Source of the DNA: an uncultured Spirochaetia bacterium
GTDB taxonomy: Bacteria > Desulfobacterota_D > UBA1144 > Nemesobacterales > JADFKM01
Reading direction: 5' to 3'
Assembly: GCA_964639895.1 (NCBI GenBank)
Contig: CAZXEJ010000005.1
Coordinates: 734-64,733, forward strand
DNA: 64,000 bases
The notes beneath the pieces were generated by a model. The model searched no databases. It had not been told where the DNA came from and saw nothing but the letters and a program-made list of their open reading frames with translations. The position numbers were made by a program, and so were the translations under genes. This document shows, piece after piece, positions 41,124 through 52,030 of this stretch; position 1 is the first letter of the stretch, and every line of letters begins with the position of its first letter.

Positions 41124-41516
41124 ATGGCAACTGCCAAAAAGGAACGTAAAGTATTTGAGCTCGAAGACAGCGTAAAGGAGCTCTCCGGAGCGGTAAGAGA
41201 GACGGTGTTCGCTCAGGTGGACGCGGTTTGGAGGCTTATCGACGAGAGCCAGAAGCTGGCAGCCGAGCAGATCGAGCAGATGACCAAGAGGCAGGCCGAG
41301 TACGGCGAGCTGGTCAAGAGTTCGCTGGACAAGCTTGTAAAGGACGCGACCTCTTACACAAAGACCGGAGAGCTGGACCGTATAGCCGAAATACAGCGGG
41401 CATACGTCAAGACCGTGCACGACAACTCCCACAGGGCGCTAAACACGGCGCTTACGCTGTGGAGGAAGTCCGCCGAAAGCGTGTTCTCCACCGTCGACGG
41501 CTTCTTCGGCGCCTGA
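41124..41516 (+). CDS. small all-helical protein, phasin-like (tentative)
   Basis: 130 aa, rich in K/E/A/Q/L, with no TM helix. It has a strong promoter and SD. The phasin assignment rests only on composition and size. Confidence 0.6.
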   Translation: MATAKKERKVFELEDSVKELSGAVRETVFAQVDAVWRLIDESQKLAAEQIEQMTKRQAEYGELVKSSLDKLVKDATSYTKTGELDRIAEIQRAYVKTVHDNSHRALNTALTLWRKSAESVFSTVDGFFGA

Positions 41517-41655
41517 GCAAACTCTTCCGACGTTCAGATGACAGGGCATGTCGAGGGGATAAGGATGTGGGTGCCCCGGCAGGGGCTCCCGCTCCGCTCC
41601 CCTCTGCAACCGAGGGCGGCTTCGAGCCGCAGGGGCCGCCCACGGCCGGTGAACG

Positions 41656-42156
41656 TCACTTGCGCACGGGGATGTGGACCGTGCGGTCACGCGCCTCGGT
41701 AAGTTCTCTTATCTCTTCGTAGAACGATCTTACTCTGGCCTCGACTCGCTGGGCCGTGACGTAGTCCATCGCGGCCAGCGCCACGGCAAGCACCTTCTGG
41801 TAGTTCTTCTTCGACGGTATCGTAATCCATCCGCCCATTCTCACCTTGCCGCTGTCGAGATCCAGCGCATACTTGATGCCCGAGGGCTCCAGCCCTCCCG
41901 TATACTCCTCGCCCTTGAAGCTTATCTTCATGCATATCTGCGGCGGCAGCCCCTTGGTGTCGCGCACCACCTCGAACCCGTGCCCTTCCTCCTGCAGTTC
42001 ACGGCCCACGCTCTCCATGACCGGCCCTATAACCTCGTCCACGAGCGCAGCAAACCTTTCGACGGCCAGCGCACGCTCGTCCTCCCTCAGCAGGGAAGCC
42101 TTCTCCGGGTCCGCTCCCGGCTCGAACACCCTCTGGAAGATATCGTCTTCCGACAT
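41656..42156 (-). CDS. hypothetical protein
   Basis: ATG at 42156 has AGGAGGTG 6 nt upstream. Composition is balanced. No family was recognised. Confidence 0.6.
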   Translation of the reverse strand: MSEDDIFQRVFEPGADPEKASLLREDERALAVERFAALVDEVIGPVMESVGRELQEEGHGFEVVRDTKGLPPQICMKISFKGEEYTGGLEPSGIKYALDLDSGKVRMGGWITIPSKKNYQKVLAVALAAMDYVTAQRVEARVRSFYEEIRELTEARDRTVHIPVRK

Positions 42157-42647
42157 TTGAACCACCTCCTAACTCGCCTCTCAGGCGTACACTCTACGTT
42201 ACCTGATAACTATACCCCAAGGAAAAGAACACACACCCCACCGTAAGGGGGGGAATAGAGCCGCGACCTCGGCGCTCTTTTCTCACCCATCCTGGTACGT
42301 GGCTGCGGCCGCACCCCCGCCGGCGCTCCCCTCAACCGGGGCCACGAAACGAAACACACGGCCAGGCGCCAGAGGGGACAAACAGAGAGTCTCCCCACCC
42401 GTGGTACGCCGAACACACGGTAGTCACGCCGCGACCCCACCCCCCCCTTCGGCCCGCCTTTCCTCGCCGTCCTCCAAAGGACATGGTGAGCCATACCTTT
42501 TCCGAGGGGGCGCCACAATCCCGGTTCGAGTTCCCACGCGCTTTCCACCCAGCGAGGACCCGGCACCGCGGCACCCCGGAGCCCGGAGTAACGAGAAAGG
42601 GGCGGGCGTTGAAACACACCCGAGGCTTGTGTTATAGATATTGGAGC

Positions 42648-44177
42648 GTGATAGCGAAGGTCCTGTCCAGTGCAGTACGCGGCATAGACGCATATATCGT
42701 TGAGGTGGAAGTGGACATTTCCTCCGGCCTGCCGCAGCTTACCACCGTCGGGCTTCCGGAGGGGGCGGTCAAGGAGAGCAAGGAACGCGTCAGGACCGCC
42801 ATCAAGAACTGCTCGTTTCCCTACCCCGTAAAGAAGATAACGGTCAACCTCGCTCCTGCCGACGTGAGGAAAGAAGGCTCGGCGTTCGATCTGCCCATTG
42901 CAACGGGCATACTGGCCGCCACGGGTATCGTGCCTCAGGAGAAGCTGCTCCAGTACGTGATCATGGGCGAGCTCTCGCTCGACGGCAGGGTGAAGCCCGT
43001 CAGAGGGGTGCTGCCCTGCGCCATCTGTACGCGAGAGCGCGGCATAAGGGGGCTGGTCATACCCGCCGACAACACCGACGAGGCGGCCGTGGTCGAGGGA
43101 ATAGAGGTGATAGGCGTACAATCGCTGGGCCAGTTGGTCGAATTCCTGCTCGACCGCTACCACATCGAGCCCAAGCACATCCCGGCCGCCAAGGCGTTCG
43201 AGAACTCGAGAGGCTACGACATCGACATGAACGACGTCAAGGGGCAGGATCATGTAAAGAGGGCGCTCGAGGTGGCCGCGGCGGGGGGACACAACGTGCT
43301 CATGATAGGGGCGCCCGGCACCGGCAAGACGATGCTTGCCCGCCGTATCCCCACGATCCTGCCCGATATGAGTTTCGAGGAGGCCCTGGAGACGACGAAG
43401 ATCTACTCTGTCTCGGGTCTGTTGCCCAAGGGGAGCCCGCTCATCTCCACCCGTCCGTTCGGCTCCCCCCACCACACGGTGAGCGACGTGGGTCTCATCG
43501 GGGGCGGCTCCTACCCGAAGCCCGGTGAGGTGAGCCTCGCCCACAACGGCGTCCTATTCATGGACGAACTGCCCGAGTTCAAGAAAAACGCGCTCGAGGC
43601 GCTGCGCCAGCCGCTTGAGGACGGCGTGGTGACTATATCGCGCGCGATGAACACCATAACCTACCCGGCGAACTTCATGTTCGTGGCCTCGATGAACCCG
43701 TGTCCGTGCGGCTACTGGGGCGATCCCAACAACGAGTGCACCTGCCATCCGGTGAAGATCCAGAAGTACCGGGCGCGCGTCTCGGGCCCCCTTCTGGACC
43801 GGATCGACATCCACATCGAGGTCCCCCCCGTGCGCTACAAGGAGCTCGCCGACCGGCGTGGGGGCGAGAGGTCGGCCGACATACGCGAGCGTGTCCAGCG
43901 CGCCCGCGATCTGCAGCGCCGCCGGTTCGCGGGCTCGCCCATACACTCGAACTCGCAGATGACCCCGCGCTACGTTAGAAGGTCCATACACCCCGACTCC
44001 GAGGGGGTAAGGCTGCTCGAGACGGCCATCGACCGCCTGGGACTCAGCGCGCGCGCTTACGACCGCATACTCAAGGTCGCCCGCACCATAGCCGACCTCG
44101 AGGGGACGGACAAAGTGCTGGCCCAACACATATCGGAGGCCGTCCAGTACAGGAGCTTTGACCGAGCGGTCCCCTAG
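42648..44177 (+). CDS. comM: Mg-chelatase-like AAA+ protein ComM/YifB
   Basis: GTG at 42648 follows GGAG. Motifs are [46 protein letters not shown] and the zinc module [15 protein letters not shown]. Confidence 0.9.
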   Translation: MIAKVLSSAVRGIDAYIVEVEVDISSGLPQLTTVGLPEGAVKESKERVRTAIKNCSFPYPVKKITVNLAPADVRKEGSAFDLPIATGILAATGIVPQEKLLQYVIMGELSLDGRVKPVRGVLPCAICTRERGIRGLVIPADNTDEAAVVEGIEVIGVQSLGQLVEFLLDRYHIEPKHIPAAKAFENSRGYDIDMNDVKGQDHVKRALEVAAAGGHNVLMIGAPGTGKTMLARRIPTILPDMSFEEALETTKIYSVSGLLPKGSPLISTRPFGSPHHTVSDVGLIGGGSYPKPGEVSLAHNGVLFMDELPEFKKNALEALRQPLEDGVVTISRAMNTITYPANFMFVASMNPCPCGYWGDPNNECTCHPVKIQKYRARVSGPLLDRIDIHIEVPPVRYKELADRRGGERSADIRERVQRARDLQRRRFAGSPIHSNSQMTPRYVRRSIHPDSEGVRLLETAIDRLGLSARAYDRILKVARTIADLEGTDKVLAQHISEAVQYRSFDRAVP

Positions 44178-44213
44178 GAAGTGCACATCAGAAACCAACA
44201 GGAGGTGGTACCC

Positions 44214-45083
44214 GTGTCAGACGACGGAACCAACGACGGAGGAGACGGAAGGGACGAGGCCCGAGACCGGTCGATCGGGCTGGACTACGCCGTCCTCCAC
44301 CGTATAGAGAGCCCCGCAAACCGCCTCATCCGCAGGCACATCTGGGGCGAGGAAGACGACATCGGCCAACAGTCGTTCATAACCCCTCGCTACCTCGACT
44401 GGCTGGCCTTCAGGCTGGAGCTCGGGGCCGATGACCACGTGCTCGACGTGGGAAGCGGCGTCGGCGGGCCTGCCGTGTACCTGGCCCACAAGACCGGCTG
44501 CTCGGTGACGGGCATCGACGTCTCCGACGTGGGTGTCGAGACCGCCCGCGGCTTGGCACGCCGGCACGGGCTCGAGGCGAGGGTGCGGTTCGTGCTCGGC
44601 GACGCGATGGAGATGCCGTTCGAGGACGGGACGTTCACGAAGGCCGTGAGCATAAACGTGATGAACGTATTCAGCGACAAGGTGGGACTGTTCCGCGAGG
44701 TAAGGCGGGCACTTCGGCCGGGAGGCCAGTGGGCGTTTCTCACCGGAACGTTCGATATGCCCGACGACCCCGAGACCAAGCGCAACATGGCTCGCGGCTA
44801 CCTCATCCCGCAGTACTACGACTCGCTCGACTCTTACCGTGAGATGCTACGTAAGGCCGGTTTCGTCATCGACGAGATCACGGAGTACGTCTCCGACTTC
44901 AGGGAACAGAACAAGCGCTGGGGCGAGGCATACAAGCGCTATTACGACGAGATAGCAAAGGAGCAGGGCAAGGAGAACACCGACCACCACATAAGGTATT
45001 TCGAAACCTATCTGCGCCTTATCGACGAGGGCAGGGCCTCAAACCACCTTTTCATATCCCACAAGCCGCACGCACCGGGATAA
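44214..45083 (+). CDS. class I SAM-dependent methyltransferase
   Basis: GTG at 44214 follows AGGAGG. LDVGSGVGGPAVYLA is SAM motif I, and GDAMEMPFEDGTF is also present. Confidence 0.8.
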   Translation: MSDDGTNDGGDGRDEARDRSIGLDYAVLHRIESPANRLIRRHIWGEEDDIGQQSFITPRYLDWLAFRLELGADDHVLDVGSGVGGPAVYLAHKTGCSVTGIDVSDVGVETARGLARRHGLEARVRFVLGDAMEMPFEDGTFTKAVSINVMNVFSDKVGLFREVRRALRPGGQWAFLTGTFDMPDDPETKRNMARGYLIPQYYDSLDSYREMLRKAGFVIDEITEYVSDFREQNKRWGEAYKRYYDEIAKEQGKENTDHHIRYFETYLRLIDEGRASNHLFISHKPHAPG

Positions 45084-45391
45084 GGGGACGGCGCGGCGGT
45101 GGGCGCCGCACGGGAGGGCGGGACACAGCAGCGAAGAGTAGTGGGAACGGGCCGCACGGGCTCGGGCGCGCTGGGGCGCAAAGCGGGGGAGGGGAATTCG
45201 AGCACGCCGTCGGCGTGGTTCTTCCCCCTCGGTCAGCCGTCTCCCTGCATGGAACGAGAGAAGTTGGCACCGGCGCGGGAACCGCAGATGGGACCGAGGA
45301 GAACGAGGGAGGGAGGACAGAGTGGATCAGGACGAAGACGGATGGATGGGCATCTCACGTGAACCACAGTGACGAGGAGGATTGCTTAGGG

Positions 45392-46261
45392 ATGAAGGAT
45401 CTCAAGGGAAAAGTGGCCGTGGTTACGGGCGCGGCCAGCGGCATAGGGCTCGCCACGGCAAAGAGGCTCGCACGCGAAGGCATGAGGACGGTGCTCGCCG
45501 ACATCGACGCCGTGGGACTGGAGCGGGCTGTGGATGAGATAGGCAGGGAAGGCGGGGCCGCCCTGGCGGTAGAGACGGACGTGAGATCCGGCGCTGAAGT
45601 AGAGCGGCTGGCCCGCAGGACGCTCGATGAGTACGGCACCCCGCACGTGGTGTTCAACAACGCGGGCCTCGTCGGCGACCTTGCCCCGACGTGGCGACTC
45701 GACGAGGCCTCCTGGCGGCGCGCGATCGATGTAAACGTCTGGGGAGTCATACACGGCGTGCGCGCCTTCGTCCCCATGATGCTTGAGCAGGGGGAGGAGG
45801 GCCACGTGATAAACAACGCCTCTCTGTCGGGGTTCTTCGCACTTCCCTACGCAGCGGCCTACCACGCCACCAAGAGCGCTGTGGTGACGATCACCGAATC
45901 GCTCCACTACGAGCTCTCCTTGATCGATGCGAAGGTCAAGGTATCGCTCCTCTGCCCGGGGATGACGAAGACGCGGTTCATGGAGATCGAGCGCTACATG
46001 AGCGACGAGGAACGCGAGCGGAAGGAGCGGACCGAGAAGGAGAGGGCATGGCTCGAGGCCTACCGCGAGTTCATAGCCGGGGGGATGAGCCCGGACGAAG
46101 TGGCCGCAAGCGTCGTAGACGCCATACGCACCGAACGGTTCTACGTGTTTCCCACAACGAAGCCGCTGCAGACCATAGGGGAGCGGTTCCGCGCCATCGT
46201 GGAGGGCAGAGAACCGCCGCTCCTGCTTACGGATGCCATGAAGGGACGACTTCCTCTCTGA
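45392..46261 (+). CDS. short-chain dehydrogenase/reductase
   Basis: ATG at 45392 follows GAGGAGGA. TGAASGIG is the cofactor site and YHATKSA holds the catalytic Tyr/Lys. The track ORF start at 45215 is an extension. Confidence 0.85.
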   Translation: MKDLKGKVAVVTGAASGIGLATAKRLAREGMRTVLADIDAVGLERAVDEIGREGGAALAVETDVRSGAEVERLARRTLDEYGTPHVVFNNAGLVGDLAPTWRLDEASWRRAIDVNVWGVIHGVRAFVPMMLEQGEEGHVINNASLSGFFALPYAAAYHATKSAVVTITESLHYELSLIDAKVKVSLLCPGMTKTRFMEIERYMSDEERERKERTEKERAWLEAYREFIAGGMSPDEVAASVVDAIRTERFYVFPTTKPLQTIGERFRAIVEGREPPLLLTDAMKGRLPL

Positions 46262-46689
46262 GGGGTACGGACGCCGCCCCTTGGCGAGACCCAGAAAGTG
46301 GGAACGGACACGTGAAAGACGCCGCCCACCTGATTGGAAAGCACGCATCCGGCGCGGCAACGAGAGCCCCCGATGGGATATGAGTGTTGCTTACGGCCCC
46401 CACCAAGCCCGTCACGCCGAGGGCGGTCGGCGGTGGGTGCGGCTCTCCCACCCCCCCGGGGTGACTATGGGCTCTTCCCTTTCCGCCCCACGGACACCGT
46501 GCTACTTTAAAAGTCGGCCGCCTCCTACGACGTTGCAACTTCATACGGCCGGGCTGGAGGACACTACACGCAGATCCACTCTTCCTCCCCCCCACGATAC
46601 ACGTTGGGCACGGGAGAGCGGTGCCTCCTCCAGCGCTCGCTGAGACGAATTTCGGCTTGCCTCGGTGGAACGAGGCCGCCCCTTCGGCT

Positions 46690-47856
46690 TCATGCGGGCA
46701 GCTCGTAGCGCAGGACGGCCGCCGCCTCTCCCTCGGCGGGCATCTCCTGGGGGTCGACGGCATAGACCCTGCCGCCGTGTACAAGTGTATGGACGGCGGC
46801 CATGTCCAGGAGGTCTTCGCAACCGGGTTCGGGGGCGCGCACCAGGCTCACCTCTTTGGTGTTTTCGTCATACCTGCCCCAGACCTGCACGCCCACGGGG
46901 ACGAACAAGTGCTCGACCACTCCCCAGTGGCTTGCGGGCACTATCTTTTCGACTTCGACCACTGCCAGCGGACTCCCCTTCTCCCACAGTTCGCGGGACA
47001 TGCGGGCGGCCTCGTCGCGTCCCTTCTCGAAGTGGGGCTTGAGCAGCGACCAGGCGCGCTCGTGCAGCTCCTCGGGGCTCAAGAGGTCGGGGTTGCCGGG
47101 GATAAACTCGGCGAACAGGTGGTTGTAGGTGTTGGCCTGCTTGTAGATGGGAAACAGGTAGTCGACACAGGCTATGACCAGCGGCGAGCGCTCGTCGTGA
47201 AGCACCTCCTTGAGCGCATGGTCGATCTTTCTGAAGTAGCGCAGGATGGCGTTCTTGGTGTCGGGCTCGCTGCCCGTGCCGTGGTAGATGACGTCTTTGC
47301 CGCCCGACCCTTCAGGGGCCGAGGCGTGGAAGTGGATGAGGCGGGGCATCACCTCGTCTCCGAGCGCCTCCCGCAACCCCTGGGGGAGACTTTGCAACGC
47401 CACCTCACCCACGCCGTCCCGGCTGCCCTGCAGCAACCTCGCCCGCTTCTGGCTCAGCGCCAGCACGAAGAAACGGCTGTCTTCCATGAACACCTTAAGG
47501 AGGGGCTTTATGTGAAGCCGCTCGCCCACGTGTACAAATCTCTTGAACCGGATGGGAAGCCTGTAGTAGCGGAAAAAGCCCGGTGCCAGGAAGACCGCCA
47601 GGCAATCGCTCTGATGCCTCCAGAACTCGATGTCCGTCAGAAGCTCCTGGGCGGGGGCGAGGATCTCGCGCACCTCTTTCTCCTTGACGCCGCTTCCCTC
47701 GAGTTGCCTCTCGGCCTCCTTGAGCACACCACGGAACTGCACAGGGTTCTGCGTGACCTCCTTACCGCTCTTGTGCGTGGGAAGGTATATACTCACTGCA
47801 TGGCCGGCCTTAAAACCGATGAGCGCTTCCAATTCTCCCTTGAGTAGCAGCTTCAT
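46690..47856 (-). CDS. bacterial eRF1-like protein (baeRF family; archaeo-eukaryotic release-factor fold), function unknown
   Basis: ATG at 47856 follows GGAGGAG. The N-terminus LEALIGFKAGHAVSIYLPTHKSGKEVTQNPVQFRGVLKEAERQL matches my memory of the baeRF family signature (VSIYLPTHR.G.E..QNPIR.KNLL). Length is 388 aa. Confidence 0.55.
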   Translation of the reverse strand: MKLLLKGELEALIGFKAGHAVSIYLPTHKSGKEVTQNPVQFRGVLKEAERQLEGSGVKEKEVREILAPAQELLTDIEFWRHQSDCLAVFLAPGFFRYYRLPIRFKRFVHVGERLHIKPLLKVFMEDSRFFVLALSQKRARLLQGSRDGVGEVALQSLPQGLREALGDEVMPRLIHFHASAPEGSGGKDVIYHGTGSEPDTKNAILRYFRKIDHALKEVLHDERSPLVIACVDYLFPIYKQANTYNHLFAEFIPGNPDLLSPEELHERAWSLLKPHFEKGRDEAARMSRELWEKGSPLAVVEVEKIVPASHWGVVEHLFVPVGVQVWGRYDENTKEVSLVRAPEPGCEDLLDMAAVHTLVHGGRVYAVDPQEMPAEGEAAAVLRYELPA

Positions 47857-48259
47857 CCGACTCCTCCGCTCATTTCACATTCCGTACGTACTACGAATCG
47901 GGCCACGGCTCCGGAGAGGGGGTACCGGCTGCGGCTCCCCCCCGGGGTTGGAGGCGGGAAACGGTCCGCCGCCCGGTAGGAAACGCCCGCTCCAGACACC
48001 CACCAAATGCTAGTATACTCTGAAGCCGCCCCCTCATCCACCACCCGGCACGCCGAGGGTGGGGTTGCGGACGATGTCCGGCCTCTGTAGGGACGAGGGC
48101 ACAGCGGTCCCCATGGGGCCCCCATCGGCACGCCCTACCCATGGGGGGGTGACACCTTATGAAGTGGGGCCGCTCTGTGCTATAGTACTCATCGACGGAG
48201 CCCGCCCGAGGGAGAGGCGGAATCACGACCCGACCACTCACTTATCGCTTCGATCGGCA

Positions 48260-50323
48260 ATGACTTTCTACGCTTCTCTGTTCGTCTACCTGCAGCTCTC
48301 GCTCGGATACCAGCTCGCACGCCTGCTCGATCCGGCCCGAAAGCTCTCGTATCTCGAGCTGGCCGCTTCGAGCGCAGTGCTCGGTACCATCGTATCGACG
48401 TTCATCGCGCTGTTGCTGCTGCTGGCAACCGGCTCCTGGAACGCTTCGCTCGCACTCCTGTGGGCGGGGCTCGGGGGGACCGGCCTCAAGCTCCTCTACG
48501 ACACCTACCGAGGCGAGGGCATCGAAAGCGTACGCAGCCTGCTGCCATCCAAGCTCTTCACCCTCCATACGCTCCTCTTCATGCTCGTGGCGGCCCTCTA
48601 CGTGGCCGTAGTCGTGGGCGTCCTCTACTACGACCGCGAGGGATTCCCCAGAGCCGTAGTGATAGGCTGGGGAGACTCGGCCTACCATCTGGGAATGATC
48701 GAGCGGCTCAAGACGGCCGAGCCGTTCATACTCGAAGAGCCCGTGGCCGCCGGGACCCGCCTCAACTACCCGTTCATCGTCAACCTCATGTCGGCGCTCT
48801 ACGAGCGCGTGGGGTTCGGCAAGCCGGCCGCCTGGAACCTGCCGCTCCTGCTGTGCGGCCTTGCCTTCGTGGCCCTTCTCTACGGGCTGGGTCGTCGGGT
48901 GCTTGGACGGCGGTGGCTGGCGTTGGGCCTGGTGGTCGTGGTGCTCTACGGGGCGGGCACGGGGTACGTGTGGTACGTCGACGACGTCCACCAGGCGTTT
49001 CGTTCCGGCGGGGCGGCCGCGGCCCTCGAGACGGCCCTCGACCCGCCTCACGAATACACCCACCTCGATACCCGAACGGGAGGCAAGGAGGCAGGCAAGG
49101 GGGCACCGGTCAACATAGTCTGGATAGTGCCCGCAATATCGTTTCTCTCGCACCAAAGGACCTTCCCGGTGGGGGCTTCGCTGGGGATGCTGGTCTTGCT
49201 GGGTGTGCTGCTCTACCGGGGCGATACAAGGCTCTATCGGTGGGGCGCCGCCTGGGGGCTGCTCCCCTTCTGCCACAGCCACACCTTCCTGGCCGTCTCG
49301 CTGGTTCTCGCCGTATGGTTCCTCTTCGACGTAGGGAACTGGACGTCCTGGCTCAAGGCGGCGCTGTTGGGCACGGCCTTTGCACTGCCACAGGTGCTAT
49401 ACCTGGTGCCGGGTCCCCTGTTCGAGCGAGCCGGGGGCGGCGTCATAAGGCCGTGGTTCGGCTGGATGATGTGCGACCACCGGCAGCACTGGCTGCGGTG
49501 CGACCCGGCCACGGAAGGCGTGGATACCAATCCGTTGTGGTTCTGGACCAAGAACTTCGGGTTCGTGTTCTGGAGCTGGCTTCTTGCACTGGCCGCTCCC
49601 CTGCTTCTCAAGGGCGAGAGAAGAAGGCTCTTTCTCTCGACGGCGCTCCCTTCCCTTGCAGCAAGCGCAGTGCTCTTCGTCGTAACCAACACCTTCATAT
49701 TCCAGCCCTGGGCGTTCGACAACAACAAGATCATATTCTGGTGGTGGATCACGGCCGGCGTCGCCGTCCTCGCCCTCGTGGGCACCGTACCTCGGTCGTG
49801 GGCTAGAGGGGCTGCGCTCTTGGTGTTTCTTGCCGCTTCGACGCCCGCCGGGTTCATCGACGTCGCAGCACGCGTAGGACATTTCACCGCCGCCCACTAC
49901 GGATACTGGGGCGAAGACGCCCTGCGCGTCACACGCTGGATAAGGGCCCATACCGCACCCAACGACGTCTTTCTCACCGGCGACGGAGCCACCATCTACG
50001 TGCCCATGCTGACCGGAAGGCCCATCTACCTGGGCTACCCGGGCTGGCTGTGGACACACGGCAAGAACGCCGTGGTGTCCTCCCGCACGAAGCGGGCCAA
50101 GCGGTTCCTTTACGAGGGCGACCCGGCGGCCGTCTGCCGCGACGGAGTAAAGTACGTTTTATGGGACGGCAAGTTGCTCCACACATACCCGCACGCAAGC
50201 CGGGACAAGGTCTCGAGCAGTACGAGACGCCTTTTCCGCATAAGCGGAGATGAAGAGGTCATCGAAGTGCTGGAGATAAAATGTCCCACCAAGAAAGCTG
50301 CGGCGGCCTCACCGCCACGGTGA
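48260..50323 (+). CDS. large polytopic membrane protein, GT-C-like glycosyltransferase candidate
   Basis: It has about 14 predicted TM helices plus a soluble C-terminal domain. Local motifs are GWGDSAYHLGMIERL and NYPFIVNLMSALY. The family is not firmly recognised, and the start (ATG 48260) has no SD. Confidence 0.5.
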   Translation: MTFYASLFVYLQLSLGYQLARLLDPARKLSYLELAASSAVLGTIVSTFIALLLLLATGSWNASLALLWAGLGGTGLKLLYDTYRGEGIESVRSLLPSKLFTLHTLLFMLVAALYVAVVVGVLYYDREGFPRAVVIGWGDSAYHLGMIERLKTAEPFILEEPVAAGTRLNYPFIVNLMSALYERVGFGKPAAWNLPLLLCGLAFVALLYGLGRRVLGRRWLALGLVVVVLYGAGTGYVWYVDDVHQAFRSGGAAAALETALDPPHEYTHLDTRTGGKEAGKGAPVNIVWIVPAISFLSHQRTFPVGASLGMLVLLGVLLYRGDTRLYRWGAAWGLLPFCHSHTFLAVSLVLAVWFLFDVGNWTSWLKAALLGTAFALPQVLYLVPGPLFERAGGGVIRPWFGWMMCDHRQHWLRCDPATEGVDTNPLWFWTKNFGFVFWSWLLALAAPLLLKGERRRLFLSTALPSLAASAVLFVVTNTFIFQPWAFDNNKIIFWWWITAGVAVLALVGTVPRSWARGAALLVFLAASTPAGFIDVAARVGHFTAAHYGYWGEDALRVTRWIRAHTAPNDVFLTGDGATIYVPMLTGRPIYLGYPGWLWTHGKNAVVSSRTKRAKRFLYEGDPAAVCRDGVKYVLWDGKLLHTYPHASRDKVSSSTRRLFRISGDEEVIEVLEIKCPTKKAAAASPPR

Positions 50324-50631
50324 GGACCTCGACAGAGGGTAGGGATACCTGCCATCCCGCCACGCACGGCAACCACCGACACCGCCCGGCTTGGCCGATC
50401 GCTCCGAGGTGGGCGGCTTCCCGCCTCCCGTGCAGGGATCGGACGCATCCCGACACACCCAGTATGGGTGACGTTCATCACCCCTACCACGGGCGGGAAA
50501 ACCAAGGCGTAGACGTCCAACGAGGGTTGCATTTGCCACACTAGGAGCACGCCCCGCCCACCACCGTCCACTAGGCCATCGCCATGCAGTCCCCCTATAA
50601 GTGGCGGCCCCACGCGAGCCGGCCGGAGTGA

Positions 50632-51153
50632 TCAGTGCTCGAGGTCCACCTTGAACGTATCTGCGAAACGGGTGAGCACGTTGAAGCAGCCCACGACAAG
50701 GTTGAGTTCCACGAGCTGGCCTTCGTCGAAGTGCTTTCTCACCTCTTCTATGGCCTCGTCGCTTGCAGCCACGTTTTTGGTCACCTCTTTGGCGAACCTC
50801 ACGACCGCCCTCTCCTTGTCGGTGAATACGGGAGCCGTCTCGTCGGGCACGGCCTGGATCTTGTCCTCGTCCACGCCGGCCCTACGGGCAAGAACGGTGT
50901 GGTGGGCCGTGCAGTAGCTGCAACCGTTCAGCTTGGTGGTCGTAAGTATGGCAAGCTCCTTGAGCGGGGCCTCGACCCGCGAAGGGCCGAGCACGGCCCG
51001 CAGATAGGGCATGAAACCCTGTAAAAGTGAAGGGCTGTTGGCCATGGCCTTGATCACGTTGGGCACCATGCCGAACCCCTTCTCAATCTGATCGTAGAGG
51101 GCCGCTATCTCAGCCGGCGCCTCCTCTTTCTCCACATATTTGACCTTAGCCAC
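50632..51153 (-). CDS. carboxymuconolactone decarboxylase/AhpD-like peroxidase family protein
   Basis: GTG at 51153 follows AGGAGG. The AhpD-core motif is LNGCSYCTAHH. Confidence 0.8.
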   Translation of the reverse strand: MAKVKYVEKEEAPAEIAALYDQIEKGFGMVPNVIKAMANSPSLLQGFMPYLRAVLGPSRVEAPLKELAILTTTKLNGCSYCTAHHTVLARRAGVDEDKIQAVPDETAPVFTDKERAVVRFAKEVTKNVAASDEAIEEVRKHFDEGQLVELNLVVGCFNVLTRFADTFKVDLEH

Positions 51154-51472
51154 GATTCTCGCCTCCTCTGATGAGTTTTATCTTCGCTCCACAGGCGGCG
51201 CGGTAAATAGCGCCTCCAGCGCCTTCAAGGGCGGGGAACGAACCGACTCCGCCCACGCCGCGGTCCACCTTCACCCCGGCCTCAACCCCCGTTCCCCGCG
51301 GCCGTCAGTCCGCACGGAGAGCCGGGGGCGCCCCACCCACACATCACTTCCGCTCCGTGAAAGACGAACACACACGCCGTCTACGGCCGACCGCTCCAGC
51401 CCCTCAAATCCACACTCGCTCTCCCGCCGAGACCCCGGCCCGATCCCGCGTCCCACACGCCGGTCTCATCTA

Positions 51473-52030
51473 CTACTTGAGAGGGCTCGTGTAGATGTAG
51501 TCGTTCGAGCTCCTGGCGCCGTGACAGGCTATACAGCCCGGCACCTTACCCGCCAGGGTCATCTTCATGCCCCCTTTCTCCATCGTCATCGGCTTGCCGT
51601 CGGGGGCGAACTTCACCCAGAACCAATCGCCCGCCGACGGGTTGAAACCGGGCACCTTCTTCATGACGGTGATGGCGCCGAGCTTCTTGTTGGGCATGTA
51701 GTTCTCCTTAACCACGATTGAGCCGTATGGCAGAGAGCCCCTCTTGTGCACGATGGCGTCATAGGCGACATCGTTTACATAGGTGGTGAGGAAGGCCCCA
51801 TGCGGCTTGGTTCCCTTGTACATCGCCCCCTTGCCGGGCCAGTAGTGCCAGTTAGTCCTGTAATGCGCGCTCTGCATCTCCTCCCACAGGGCGGCAGCCG
51901 TCTGTCCGGAGCCGGCCGCAGCTCGGTTGTGGCCGTCGGCGGCCTTTGGACCTCCGTAGCCGCGCTGACATCCGAGCGTAACGACGCCCGCGATGGCAAT
52001 CACCGCCAACAACGTGTAACCCTTCTTCAT
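51473..52030 (-). CDS. cytochrome P460-family haem protein (secreted)
   Basis: ATG at 52030 follows GGAGG. It has a signal peptide ending in a Cys (LGC). Motifs are PYGSIVVKENY, GDWFWVKFAPDG and the C-terminal CIACH haem site. Confidence 0.75.
   Translation of the reverse strand: MKKGYTLLAVIAIAGVVTLGCQRGYGGPKAADGHNRAAAGSGQTAAALWEEMQSAHYRTNWHYWPGKGAMYKGTKPHGAFLTTYVNDVAYDAIVHKRGSLPYGSIVVKENYMPNKKLGAITVMKKVPGFNPSAGDWFWVKFAPDGKPMTMEKGGMKMTLAGKVPGCIACHGARSSNDYIYTSPLK

Noticed and set aside
42210-43544. A 444-aa minus-strand ORF across comM. Similar shadow ORFs are 45386..46360, 46621..47847 and 48242..49282.
   Set aside because: Each is antisense to a gene with clear motifs or good protein-like composition, and each is R/G/P/L-rich.
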